The position numbers were made by a program, and so were the translations under genes. The notes beneath the pieces were generated by a model. That model ran no database searches. It was not told where the DNA came from and was given only the letters and a program-made list of their open reading frames with translations. A stretch of 64,000 bases of DNA from the NCBI GenBank assembly GCA_963676795.2, contig CAXXTB010000001.1, positions 544,001 through 608,000 on the forward strand. The letters are read 5' to 3'. This document shows positions 28,247 through 38,049 of the stretch, in pieces; positions within the stretch are counted from its first letter, which is position 1; each line of letters begins with the position of its first letter. Source of the stretch: Geopsychrobacteraceae bacterium (GTDB lineage Bacteria > Desulfobacterota > Desulfuromonadia > Desulfuromonadales > Geopsychrobacteraceae).

Positions 28247-28711
28247 ATGCATCGTCTTGAGCGCAGTATCGATCTGGATGTTTCTTGCGAAGAGCTGTGG
28301 GACTTTATCGCCACGCCGAAGAACCTCAATCTGTTGACGCCGCCCGATCTCGAGTTCGAGATCCTCAGCGAGCTGCCGGAGCGGATGTACGACGGGCTGA
28401 TGATTCTCTACCGGATCCGGATTCCGCTGTTTGGCCGCTGGCGCTGGCTAACCGAGATCAAACATATCCGTGACGGCGTTTCCTTTGTTGACGAACAGCG
28501 CGTCGGGCCTTATCGTCTCTGGTATCATCAGCATGAGATTCGTCCGCTCGGGGAAGGGCGGACGCGGATGTTCGACCGGGTTGATTACGCGCTTCCCTTC
28601 GGTCCGCTGGGGCAACTGGTTCACCGTCTGTGGGTGGTCGGGATGCTGGAGGGGATATTTGAATTTCGGCGCAAGAAATTGCTGGAGCTGTTTCCGCCCA
28701 GAAGCCAATAA
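28247..28711 (+). CDS. SRPBCC-family protein
   Basis: PKNLNLLTPP, WLTEIKH, FVDEQRVGPYRLWYHQH, DRVDYALPFG. Confidence 0.88.
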   Translation: MHRLERSIDLDVSCEELWDFIATPKNLNLLTPPDLEFEILSELPERMYDGLMILYRIRIPLFGRWRWLTEIKHIRDGVSFVDEQRVGPYRLWYHQHEIRPLGEGRTRMFDRVDYALPFGPLGQLVHRLWVVGMLEGIFEFRRKKLLELFPPRSQ

Positions 28712-29142
28712 TCGAAACACTCAAAGAGTGTTTCTCCGGTTCTGCCCGTTAGATGGGCAGAGCCCATCGTTGGGCGTTAGGCGCTTGGCTGGTGTGCTGC
28801 TACGAAGAAACGCAGGCTTACTTCCGACAATATAAAAAGGGCGTTTTTGCTTACTTTTGCGGCCCTGGTCAAAAGTAAGGCGCAGTGCGGGGGCGCGCTC
28901 CCGCGGTTTTGATCTTGGCGGAAGCGGCATTTGAAAAAGCAACACCGGCGGGTCTCGTCCCGCCAGACGACCTCCTTTCTTTTATCGAAAAGAAAGGAGG
29001 CAAAGAAACTCCAACGTCAAAGGCAGCGGTAACACTGCGTTCGGAAGGATCTCCGTAGTTTTTGGGTTGCGATACTCTGCACGCTCAGACGAGCCGCTAT
29101 GCGTCTCGAATTCGCGGAATCGCAAAGCCGGTACCCGGCTTG
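28710..29142 (+). repeat. Structured intergenic repeat element, copy 2
   Basis: Aligns with the reverse complement of 274-713 and with 36946-37240. Confidence 0.85.
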
Positions 29143-29208
29143 GAAGTATGAAACAAACTTAAGCCGCATTTTTGAAGTGTGGCTTCGTCAGATAACAAAG
29201 AGGTTAAT

Positions 29209-30012
29209 ATGCAGGCAGACCTGATCTGGAACGATATCGAAAAAATCCGCAGTGCTTCACCGTTGGTGCACAACATCACCAATTACGTGGTCATGAACAA
29301 CACCGCCAACGCACTGCTGGCACTGGGCGCTTCGCCGGTCATGGCTCACTCGGTTGAAGAGGTCGAGGATATGACCGCTATCGCCTCGGCACTGGTCATC
29401 AATATCGGCACCTTGAGCCCTGAATGGGTTGCAGCGATGAAGCTGGCGATGACGGCAGCGGCTAAGCGTGGCCTGCCGATCGTCTTCGATCCGGTCGGTG
29501 CCGGGGCGACCCCCTACCGCTCGAAGGTCTGCTATGAACTGCTCGGTAACCAGGCCCCAACCATCATCCGCGGCAACGCCTCGGAGATCATGGCCCTGGT
29601 CGATGCCAATGTCAAAACCAAGGGGGTCGACAGCCTGGAGGAGTGCGATAACAGGGCGGAGGCTGCGGCCCAGCTGCTCTCCCGCGAGTATGCGGCCACT
29701 GTTGTCGTCAGTGGCGGTGTCGATCTGGTGATTCGCGATGAGGCCAAAGCTCAGGTGGCCAACGGCCATCCGCTGATGCCCAGGGTCACCGGGCTGGGTT
29801 GTACGGCCAGCGCCCTGGTCGGAGCCTTTGCCGCGGTCAACGCGGATCCTTTCGCCGCGGCGGCCCACGCCATGGCGGTGATGGGGATCTGCGGCGAGCT
29901 GGCGGCAGAGAAGGCCGACGGGCCGGGCACCCTGCAGCTTTATTTCATCGACGCCCTGTACAATCTGACCAGCCGGCAGGTCAAGGATTACCTGCGCATC
30001 GGCCTGTCATGA
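29209..30012 (+). CDS. thiM: Hydroxyethylthiazole kinase
   Basis: PLVHNITNYV, GASPVMA, INIGTL, DPVGAGAT, RGNASEI, VTGLGC. Confidence 0.95.
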   Translation: MQADLIWNDIEKIRSASPLVHNITNYVVMNNTANALLALGASPVMAHSVEEVEDMTAIASALVINIGTLSPEWVAAMKLAMTAAAKRGLPIVFDPVGAGATPYRSKVCYELLGNQAPTIIRGNASEIMALVDANVKTKGVDSLEECDNRAEAAAQLLSREYAATVVVSGGVDLVIRDEAKAQVANGHPLMPRVTGLGCTASALVGAFAAVNADPFAAAAHAMAVMGICGELAAEKADGPGTLQLYFIDALYNLTSRQVKDYLRIGLS

Positions 30013-30662
30013 GCGGGGGCTGTTTCCGGCTCCACCTGGTCACCGACCGGGCCCTCTCGCTGGGACGGGAGCTGAGCGAGATCGTTGTTGCGGCCGCAGC
30101 CGGTGGTGTTGATCTGGTGCAGCTGCGTGAGAAAAACTGTTCAACCCGCGAATTCGTCGAGCTCGGGCGCGCTCTGCACCCCTTGCTGCGCGAGCGCGGC
30201 GTGCCACTGATCATCAACGACCGGGTCGACGTTGCCCTGGCGATCGGGGCCGACGGCGTCCATCTGGGGCAGAGCGATATGGCCTACGGCGATGCCCGCC
30301 GCCTGCTGGGCGAGGGCGCAATCATCGGCTTGTCGGTTGAGTCGGCCGCGGACGCGCAGGCCGCTGAGGCCCTGGATGTCAGCTACCTGGGGATCAGCCC
30401 GGTCTTTACCACGGTGACCAAGGCGGAGCTGGAATCTGGCCTGGGACTCGCCGGGGTCGCCGCGATCCGCCGCATCTCGCGCCACCGACTGGTCGCCATC
30501 GGCGGCATCCATGTGGGCAATGCCGGTGATGTTCTGGCCAGCGGTGCCGACGGGCTGGCCGTGGTGTCGGCGATCTGTTCAGCGTCGGAGCCGAAAGGGG
30601 CGAGTGCTGAACTGGCCGCTGTGATCGGCGAATATTATGGCCGGAAAGCGGAAACCGTTTAA
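30009..30662 (+). CDS. thiE: Thiamine-phosphate synthase
   Basis: VQLREK, IINDRVDVA, GVHLGQSD, VAIGGI, AVVSAI; ATGA overlap with thiM. Confidence 0.95.
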   Translation: MSGGCFRLHLVTDRALSLGRELSEIVVAAAAGGVDLVQLREKNCSTREFVELGRALHPLLRERGVPLIINDRVDVALAIGADGVHLGQSDMAYGDARRLLGEGAIIGLSVESAADAQAAEALDVSYLGISPVFTTVTKAELESGLGLAGVAAIRRISRHRLVAIGGIHVGNAGDVLASGADGLAVVSAICSASEPKGASAELAAVIGEYYGRKAETV

Positions 30663-30842
30663 AAATAGCAAGAAAAGCATACTGAGCTGGAAAAAAAATC
30701 TCAGTGCGATTATTATAGCAAGCTCGCATTCGCCTCCCCGTTGAGAAAGCGGGTGCAAAGAAGGTCGAAACTGTACATGCCCGTGTAGCCCGGAAGCGCA
30801 TGTCCTGCTTTTGTTCCATATCAATTTTTCCAGGATCAAATT

Positions 30843-33800
30843 ATGACGAAACACGTAAACATGCCGCCCGCCCAGGGCCTTTACGATCCCGCCAATGAGC
30901 ACGACAACTGTGGTGTCGGTTTTGTTGCCAATATCAAGGGCAAGAAAAGCCACTCCATCGTTTCGCGGGGTATCGAGATTCTCTGCAACCTGACCCACCG
31001 TGGTGCGGTCGGTGCCGACCCGCTCGACGGTGACGGCGCGGGTCTGATGATTCAGATGCCGGATGCCTACTACCGGGAGGTCTGCGAATTCGATCTGCCG
31101 CCGGTCGGTGAGTACGGTGCCGGTATCGTTTTTCTGCCGCGTGACGAGAAGAACCGTGAGGCCTGTATCGCTGCGTTCAACCGCGAGATCGAGCGGGCCG
31201 GCTGCAAGCTGCTCGGCTGGCGTAAGATTGCCACCGACAGCAACGGCATCGGCCGTAACGCCCTGGCTGCTGAACCTTTCGTCAAGCAGGTCTTTATCGC
31301 TCGTGGCGATGTCGAGGTTGCTCAGTTTGAACTGATGCTCTATCTCGGCCGCAAGCGCGCCGAGAATGTGATCCGCAACGCTGAGCTGGCCGGTGAAGAA
31401 CTGTTCTATGTCTGTTCGCTGTCGAGCCGTACCATCCTCTACAAAGGGATGCTGCTCTCCGAACAGCTCAACACCTTTTTCCCGGAACTGGACGACGAGC
31501 GCCTGGTCAGTGCCATCGCTTTCGTTCACCAGCGTTACAGCACCAATACCTTCCCGACCTGGGACCTGGCGCAGCCGTTCCGCTATGTTGCCCACAACGG
31601 TGAGATCAACACCCTGCGCGGTAACATCAACCGGATGAAGGCGCGGACCGCACTGTTCGCCCATATGGATCTGGCCGAAAATATCGCCGATCTCGATCCG
31701 GTCATCATTGAAGGCAGCTCGGACACCGCCTGTTTCGACAATGCTCTGGAACTGCTGGTCGTCACCGGCCGCAGCCTGGCCCATTCGCTGGCGATGATGG
31801 TGCCGGAAGCCTGGGCGTCCAAAGCGACTCTCGATCCGAAGATCAAAGGCTTCTTCGAATACCACGCAACCATGATGGAGCCATGGGACGGCCCGGCCAA
31901 CATCGTCGCCTGCGACGGCCGTCAGGTGGTCGCCATCCTCGACCGTAACGGTCTGCGTCCGGCGCGTTACTGGATCACCAGCGACGACGAGATCATCTAC
32001 GCCTCCGAGGCGGGTGTTCTCGATGTCCCGCCGGAGAAGATCGTCCGCAAGGAGCGTCTGGCTCCGGGCAAGATGATCATGATCGACGTTGAAGCGGGAA
32101 CCTACAAGGAAGACGACGAGATCAAGTCCGCCCTGGCTGCTGAGCATCCTTATTCCTCCTGGGTCAACGACTATCTGATCCGCCTCGAGGATCTGCCGGC
32201 CCCGGCGACCAAGAAGGTGCCGAGCCTCGGCGAACTGCGCCACATTCAGGGCAGCTTCGGCTACACCCTGGAAGAGATGCGTATGGTCATGGCGCCGATG
32301 GCATTGAACGGCCAGGAGCCGGTCGGCTCGATGGGGACCGATACCCCGGTTGCGGTTCTGTCGCGGCGCAGCAAGCTGATCTACTGGTACTTCAAGCAGC
32401 TGTTCGCCCAGATCACCAATCCGCCGATCGATCCGCTGCGTGAAGAGATCGTCATGAGCCTGACCCAGTATATCGGACCGGCGCGTAACATCCTGATGCC
32501 GGGTCCTGAGCACTGCCAGATGCTCGAGGTCGATCATCCGATCATCACCAACGACGTTCTCGAGCAGCTGCGCCACAGTGATCTGCAGAATTTCCGCGGC
32601 ACGACCTTAAGCACCCTGTTCGATGCTAACGGAGAAGCCGGGGCACTGGAAAAACGCCTCGAAGAACTGTTCATTGAAGCGGAAGCCGCTGTCGATTCCG
32701 GACGGACCATCCTGGTTCTTTCCGACCGTGGGGTCTGCGCCGAGAAAGCGCCGATCCCGGCCCTGCTGGCTCTGGCCGCGATCCATCACCATCTGATCCG
32801 CTGCGGCAAGCGCAGCCAGTGTTCGCTGGTGGTTGAGACCGGTGAGGCGCGTGAGGTTCATCACTTCGCCCTGCTGGTCGGTTTCGGTGCTGCTGCAATC
32901 AACCCGTATCTGGCCTTTGAGACCCTGCAGGACATGGTCAGCCAGGGGATGCTGCCGGCCCAGGACGGCAACGACAGGGGCGAGTCGGAGACCGATATCG
33001 TCAACCACTATATCCACAACTTCATCAAGGCGGTTGGCAAGGGGCTGCTCAAGGTCTTCTCCAAGATGGGGATCAGCACCCTGCAGAGCTACTGCGGTGC
33101 CCAGATCTTTGAGATTGTCGGTCTGAACCCTGAGTTCACCGCCAAGTACTTCCCGGGAACCGCCAGCCGCATCGGCGGTGTCGGCATGGAGGAGATCACC
33201 ACCGAGAGCCTGATGCGTCACAACGTCGCTTTCGCCGAGCTGATCGACAGTAACCGCGATCTCGACCGTGGTTCCGAATACCACTGGCGCCGCGACGGCG
33301 AAGAGCACCTGATGAACCCTGAGGTCATCGCCATGCTGCAGAACGCGGTACGCAGCGGCAACCGCGAGGAGTTCAAGAAGTTCTCGAAGATCGTCGACGA
33401 TCAGAGCGAAAAGAACTACACCCTGCGCGGCCTGTTCAAGATCAACAAGCTCAATGAGCCGATTCCCCTCGACGAGGTCGAACCGGTCAGCGCCATCGTC
33501 AAGCGCTTCTGTACCGGCGCCATGAGTATGGGCTCCATCTCGGCCGAGGCGCACGAGACCCTGGCCATCGCCATGAACCGCATCGGTGGCAAGTCGAACA
33601 CCGGCGAAGGGGGCGAGGATCCGGATCGTTTCACCCCGGATGCCAACGGCGACCTGCGCCGCAGCTCGATCAAGCAGATCGCTTCGGGACGGTTTGGCGT
33701 CACCCCGCACTACCTGGTCAACGCCGACGAACTGCAGATCAAGATTGCCCAGGGTGCCAAGCCGGGCGAGGGCGGTCAGCTGCCGGGCCATAAGGTCAGT

Positions 33801-35408
33801 GATTACATCGGCAAGCTGCGTTTCAGTGTGCCCGGTGTTACCCTGATCTCGCCGCCCCCGCACCACGATATTTACTCGATCGAGGATATGGCTCAGCTGA
33901 TCTTCGACCTCAAGAACTGTAACCCGGCCGCTGACATCACTGTCAAGCTGGTCTCCGAGGTCGGGGTCGGTACCGTCGCCGCCGGTGTCAGCAAGGGGCA
34001 TGCCGAGCGGGTCATCATCTCCGGTTACGACGGGGGAACCGGTGCATCGCCGATTTCATCGATCAAGCACGCCGGTATGCCGTGGGAGATCGGTCTGGCC
34101 GAGACCCAGCAGACCCTGGTCCTCAACGACCTGCGTGGCCGGATCATCGTTCAGACCGACGGTCAGCTGCGCACCGCCCGCGACGTCATCATCGCGACCA
34201 TGCTTGGTGCCGAGGAATACGCCTTCGCGACCGTCGCCCTGGTCACCGTCGGCTGTATCATGATGCGTAAGTGTCACCTCAATACCTGTCCGGTCGGTGT
34301 CGCGACCCAGGATGCGGCGCTGCGCGGCAAGTTCGCCGGCAAGCCGGAGCACGTGGTCAACTACTTCACCTTCCTGGCTGAAGAGATCCGTGTGCTGATG
34401 GCCGAGCTGGGGGTCCGTTCCCTGGAAGAGCTGGTCGGTCAGACCCAGTACCTGGCGATGGATGATGCCATCAAGCACTGGAAGAGCAAGGGGCTCGATT
34501 ACTCCAAGATGCTGGTCAAGCCGGCAGTCGGCCCGGAGGTGGCGATCCGCCGCATCCAGGGGCAGGACCATGGTCTCGACAAGCAGCTCGACCACAAGCT
34601 GATCAACCTGGCGGCTCCGGCCCTTGAGCGCAAGGAGAAGGTCACCATCGAGCTGCCGATCAAGAACAGCAACCGGACCTTCGGCACCATGCTTTCCGGT
34701 ATGGTCGCCAAGCTGCACGGCCGCGAAGGTCTTCCTGAAGGAACCATCGATGTCCGCCTGACCGGTATCGCCGGCCAGAGTTTCGGTGCCTTCCTTGCTC
34801 CGGGGGTCAATCTCTACCTCGAAGGGGAAGCCAACGACTACGTCGGCAAGGGGATGGCCGGTGGCCGAATCTCGATCCGTCCTGATGCGACAGCCACCTT
34901 CGCCTGGCATGAAAACTCGATCGTCGGCAACACCGTCCTTTACGGCGCCACCGGCGGTGAGGCGTTCTTCGCCGGTAAGGCGGGTGAGCGTTTCTGTGTC
35001 CGTAACTCGGGCGTCACGGCAGTTGTCGAAGGCACCGGCGATCACGGGTGTGAATATATGACCGGAGGCCGGGTTATCGTCCTGGGCCGCACCGGCCGTA
35101 ACTTCGCAGCCGGTATGTCGGGCGGTTTCGCCTATGTCCTCGACGAAGACAGCCGTTTCCGCCGTCGCTGCAACCCGGCCATGGTCGATCTGGAGCAGAT
35201 GAGCGCCACTGATGAAGACGCTGAATGGCTGAAGCAGATCATCGCCAAGCATTACGAGGAGACAGCCTCTCCGCGCGCTGCCGAGATCCTGGCAGACTGG
35301 GAGAATCAGTTGACTCGTTTTGTCCGCGTTTTCCCACATGAATATCGCCGCGTCCTGACCGAAATGGCAGCCGCAGCTGAAGCAAAGAAGGAGGCCATCC
35401 ATGGGTGA
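30843..35408 (+). CDS. gltB: Glutamate synthase large subunit
   Basis: HDNCGVG N-terminal Cys, HQRYSTNT, GEGGE, QGAKPGEGGQL, CIMMRKCHLNTCPVG. Confidence 0.98.
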   Translation: MTKHVNMPPAQGLYDPANEHDNCGVGFVANIKGKKSHSIVSRGIEILCNLTHRGAVGADPLDGDGAGLMIQMPDAYYREVCEFDLPPVGEYGAGIVFLPRDEKNREACIAAFNREIERAGCKLLGWRKIATDSNGIGRNALAAEPFVKQVFIARGDVEVAQFELMLYLGRKRAENVIRNAELAGEELFYVCSLSSRTILYKGMLLSEQLNTFFPELDDERLVSAIAFVHQRYSTNTFPTWDLAQPFRYVAHNGEINTLRGNINRMKARTALFAHMDLAENIADLDPVIIEGSSDTACFDNALELLVVTGRSLAHSLAMMVPEAWASKATLDPKIKGFFEYHATMMEPWDGPANIVACDGRQVVAILDRNGLRPARYWITSDDEIIYASEAGVLDVPPEKIVRKERLAPGKMIMIDVEAGTYKEDDEIKSALAAEHPYSSWVNDYLIRLEDLPAPATKKVPSLGELRHIQGSFGYTLEEMRMVMAPMALNGQEPVGSMGTDTPVAVLSRRSKLIYWYFKQLFAQITNPPIDPLREEIVMSLTQYIGPARNILMPGPEHCQMLEVDHPIITNDVLEQLRHSDLQNFRGTTLSTLFDANGEAGALEKRLEELFIEAEAAVDSGRTILVLSDRGVCAEKAPIPALLALAAIHHHLIRCGKRSQCSLVVETGEAREVHHFALLVGFGAAAINPYLAFETLQDMVSQGMLPAQDGNDRGESETDIVNHYIHNFIKAVGKGLLKVFSKMGISTLQSYCGAQIFEIVGLNPEFTAKYFPGTASRIGGVGMEEITTESLMRHNVAFAELIDSNRDLDRGSEYHWRRDGEEHLMNPEVIAMLQNAVRSGNREEFKKFSKIVDDQSEKNYTLRGLFKINKLNEPIPLDEVEPVSAIVKRFCTGAMSMGSISAEAHETLAIAMNRIGGKSNTGEGGEDPDRFTPDANGDLRRSSIKQIASGRFGVTPHYLVNADELQIKIAQGAKPGEGGQLPGHKVSDYIGKLRFSVPGVTLISPPPHHDIYSIEDMAQLIFDLKNCNPAADITVKLVSEVGVGTVAAGVSKGHAERVIISGYDGGTGASPISSIKHAGMPWEIGLAETQQTLVLNDLRGRIIVQTDGQLRTARDVIIATMLGAEEYAFATVALVTVGCIMMRKCHLNTCPVGVATQDAALRGKFAGKPEHVVNYFTFLAEEIRVLMAELGVRSLEELVGQTQYLAMDDAIKHWKSKGLDYSKMLVKPAVGPEVAIRRIQGQDHGLDKQLDHKLINLAAPALERKEKVTIELPIKNSNRTFGTMLSGMVAKLHGREGLPEGTIDVRLTGIAGQSFGAFLAPGVNLYLEGEANDYVGKGMAGGRISIRPDATATFAWHENSIVGNTVLYGATGGEAFFAGKAGERFCVRNSGVTAVVEGTGDHGCEYMTGGRVIVLGRTGRNFAAGMSGGFAYVLDEDSRFRRRCNPAMVDLEQMSATDEDAEWLKQIIAKHYEETASPRAAEILADWENQLTRFVRVFPHEYRRVLTEMAAAAEAKKEAIHG

Positions 35409-36879
35409 TCCCCGCGGATTTATGAAATATTCCCGGCAGGACAAAACCATCCAGCCGGTTGAACAGCGGATCAAGAACCACGACGAGCACTACAACTATC
35501 CGACAGAGGAAGAGGTCAAGACCCAGGCCGCGCGCTGTATGGACTGTGGTGTGCCGTTCTGCATGACGGGCTGCCCGCTGGGCAACCTGATTCCGGAATG
35601 GAATGATCTGGTCTATCGCGGCCAGTGGAAACAGGCGCTGCAGGCGCTGCACGCGACCAACAACTTCCCGGAATTTACCGGCAGGGTCTGTCCGGCTCCC
35701 TGTGAGGCGTCCTGTGTCCTTGGTATCAACGAGCCGCAGGTCACCATCAAGCTGCACGAGGTGTCGATCGTCAACAAGGGGTTCGAAGAAGGCTGGATCG
35801 TTGCACAGCCTCCCAAGTCCCGCAGCGGCAAGACCGTTGCAATCATTGGCGGCGGTCCGGCCGGCCTGGCCTGTGCCCAGCAGCTCAACCGTGCCGGCCA
35901 CAAGGTGACCGTCTATGAAAAGTCGGACCGTGCCGGTGGTCTTTTGATGTACGGTATCCCGCACTACAAGCTGCGTAAGGAAAAGGTTCAGCGCCGCGTT
36001 GACCTGCTGGCCGAAGAGGGGATCGAGTTCCGCTACTCCTGTGAAGTCGGCAAGGACGTTGTTTTTGCCGAGCTGAAAGAGCAGTACGACGCGGTCGTTT
36101 TTGCGAGCGGTGCCGAGGAGCCGCGCGATCTGCCGGTTGCCGGGCGTGACCTCGATGGTATCCATTTCGCCATGGAGTTTTTGCCGCAGCAGAACCGCGC
36201 CAATTGGGGCGACTCCGATCTGGCTGTCCTGCATCCCAAGCAGCAGCTGATCAACGCTGAAGGCAAGAAGGTCATCGTCATCGGTGGTGGTGATACCGGT
36301 TCCGACTGTATCGGCACCTCGCTGCGCCAGGGCGCGACCAGCGTCGTCAACTTCGAGCTGCTCGGCCAGCCTCCTGTTGAGCGCGCGGAGAACAACCCAT
36401 GGCCGCAGTGGTCCCGTATCCTGCGCATCAGCTCTTCGGTCGAAGAACTTGAGGCGCTGGGCGGCGACGTCGAATACGAGATCATGACCACCCGTTTTAT
36501 CGGCAGCGAAGGGAAGGTGACCGGCCTCGAGACGGTCAAGGTCGACTGGTCGACCGGCAAGCCGGAAAAAGTGGCAGGCAGTGAGAAGATCTGGGAAGCC
36601 GATCTGGTCCTGCTCGCCATGGGTTATCTGGGACCACGTCCGCAGGCTATTTCGCAGGCCGCCTGTGAGACCGATCCGCGCTCCAATATCAAGACCGACG
36701 CCAAGACCCGCATGACCTCGGTTGAAGGCGTTTTCGCCGCCGGTGACTGTCGCCGTGGCCAGAGCCTGGTTGTCTGGGCGATCAGCGAAGGGCGTGAAGT
36801 GGCCCGCTGTGTCGATGAGTACCTGACCGGCAAGCCAAGCCTATTGCCGAAGGTCAGACTGGAAACCTTCCAGTACTGA
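35401..36879 (+). CDS. gltD: Glutamate synthase small subunit
   Basis: RCMDCGVPFC, NNFPEFTGRVCPAPCE, GGGPAG, GGGDTGSDC, RGQSLVVWAI. Confidence 0.97.
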   Translation: MGDPRGFMKYSRQDKTIQPVEQRIKNHDEHYNYPTEEEVKTQAARCMDCGVPFCMTGCPLGNLIPEWNDLVYRGQWKQALQALHATNNFPEFTGRVCPAPCEASCVLGINEPQVTIKLHEVSIVNKGFEEGWIVAQPPKSRSGKTVAIIGGGPAGLACAQQLNRAGHKVTVYEKSDRAGGLLMYGIPHYKLRKEKVQRRVDLLAEEGIEFRYSCEVGKDVVFAELKEQYDAVVFASGAEEPRDLPVAGRDLDGIHFAMEFLPQQNRANWGDSDLAVLHPKQQLINAEGKKVIVIGGGDTGSDCIGTSLRQGATSVVNFELLGQPPVERAENNPWPQWSRILRISSSVEELEALGGDVEYEIMTTRFIGSEGKVTGLETVKVDWSTGKPEKVAGSEKIWEADLVLLAMGYLGPRPQAISQAACETDPRSNIKTDAKTRMTSVEGVFAAGDCRRGQSLVVWAISEGREVARCVDEYLTGKPSLLPKVRLETFQY

Positions 36880-36900
36880 TAGCTCTATAGCAAAAAATAA

Positions 36901-36938
36901 AAAGCCCCGGTTTCGTAAGAGACCGGGGCTTTTTTTTT
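36901..36938 (+). terminator. Intrinsic terminator of gltBD
   Basis: AAAGCCCCGGTTTC-gtaa-GAGACCGGGGCTTT followed by a T run. Confidence 0.85.
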
Positions 36939-36945
36939 GAATGTC

Positions 36946-37340
36946 ATCGTAACACGCAAGTGTTGCTCCGGTTCTGCCCGTGTGCTGAGCTTGCTCAGCG
37001 CAGGGCGTGTTGTCAGTTGCCGGTATGAAGCTACGCAGCAACGTAGATCAATGTGAGACATATTAAAAAAGGATCTTTTGGTTCCTTTTGGAGCCCAGCC
37101 AAAAGGAACTCGGCGTGCGGGGCCGAGACCCCGCGATTTTGACTTTTTTCTATGAATTCACAAGCAAAACCGCCGGTTCTCGCACCGGCAGGCGACATCC
37201 TTTTTCCAACGTTGAAAAAGGATGCAAAAAAACTTTTTTAAATACTGACGTCAATTGTTCATGTCATCTGCCGACGGATAGCACTTGCCAAACGGAAAGC
37301 GCCCGGCGAGGAGCAAGCTCCTCAAACGGGCAACACCTGA
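36946..37340 (+). repeat. Structured intergenic repeat element, copy 3 (variant right arm)
   Basis: Shares CTCCGGTTCTGCCCGT, GCTACG and hairpins H1-H6 with copies 1 and 2; right end holds an inverted H2-like module (37300-37332). Confidence 0.75.
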
Positions 37341-37531
37341 GGGTCCAAAAACGGCCCGATTTTATAGAAAAAAGCCGGTTATTTGTCTTTTTAAGTTATT
37401 GAAAATACGGGAATACAACTCGACATCGGGTGGCAATTCTATCGATGTCGAATGAAACGATTGTTTGAATTCGCTATGGTTGACTCATCGAGCAAGCACG
37501 CAGCAAGACAACCATAATAAAGGAGAACGAC

Positions 37532-37939
37532 ATGAAACGGATTATGACGATACTGGCAGTAATGATGGTGATTGTGACAGTTCCCGTACTGGCCTCGGCG
37601 AAAGAGCAGCGCCATGACTCAGGAAAAGAGTCAAGCTACCGGCAGGATGATCGGCACGATAGTCGTTATCAGAAACCGGACCAGCGTAATGAACAGAGAC
37701 CGAGATATGTCCAGCGGCACAATGAGCATAAGCGTGACAATCGGGACAACAGATGGGAAATGCGCAGCATCAGACACCAGGACAGACACGAATATCAGCA
37801 CAGACCAGTCGTTTATGCCCCGGTTCATTACCCGGCTCCAAGGGTCATCGTACCAGTTCGTCCGCCGGTTCCCAAGGTTGTTGCACCAGTCGTGATCGGA
37901 CTGCCGATCCCGCACGTTGTTCTGAACTTTGACTGGTAG
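37532..37939 (+). CDS. Exported low-complexity Arg/His/Asp-rich protein
   Basis: Signal peptide ending ASA; AAGGAG RBS; followed by a terminator. Confidence 0.75.
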   Translation: MKRIMTILAVMMVIVTVPVLASAKEQRHDSGKESSYRQDDRHDSRYQKPDQRNEQRPRYVQRHNEHKRDNRDNRWEMRSIRHQDRHEYQHRPVVYAPVHYPAPRVIVPVRPPVPKVVAPVVIGLPIPHVVLNFDW

Positions 37940-37963
37940 CAGTTCAGAACCTTGAATTCATCA

Positions 37964-37991
37964 ACGCCGGCACTCGTGTCGGCGTCTTTTT
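37964..37991 (+). terminator. Intrinsic terminator
   Basis: ACGCCGGCAC-tc-GTGTCGGCGT followed by CTTTTT. Confidence 0.7.
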
Positions 37992-38049
37992 ATGACTAAT
38001 TTCATGACCGGGAACTTTCCGATTCAAATGCAGACCGGAGTGTTATCCG

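Noticed and set aside
29095..29142. c-di-GMP-I riboswitch suggested by CGCAAAGCC
   Set aside because: The GGCAAAC/GAAA stem and the downstream P2 pattern are missing; the motif is part of the repeat element.
29010..29208. Expected TPP riboswitch upstream of thiM
   Set aside because: No TPP consensus (CTGAGA...CCTGA) seen; the space is occupied by repeat copy 2.
30665..30729. Two ATAGCAAG-N3/4-GCAT direct repeats 50 bp apart upstream of gltB
   Set aside because: Could be regulator sites, but they are short, unevenly spaced internally and not assignable to a known factor.
30579..36234. Long minus-strand ORFs (665, 464, 472 and 331 aa), and likewise 5002-7110 and 56586-57869
   Set aside because: Antisense shadows of GC-rich genes (gltBD, the kinase, moeA) with no recognisable motifs.
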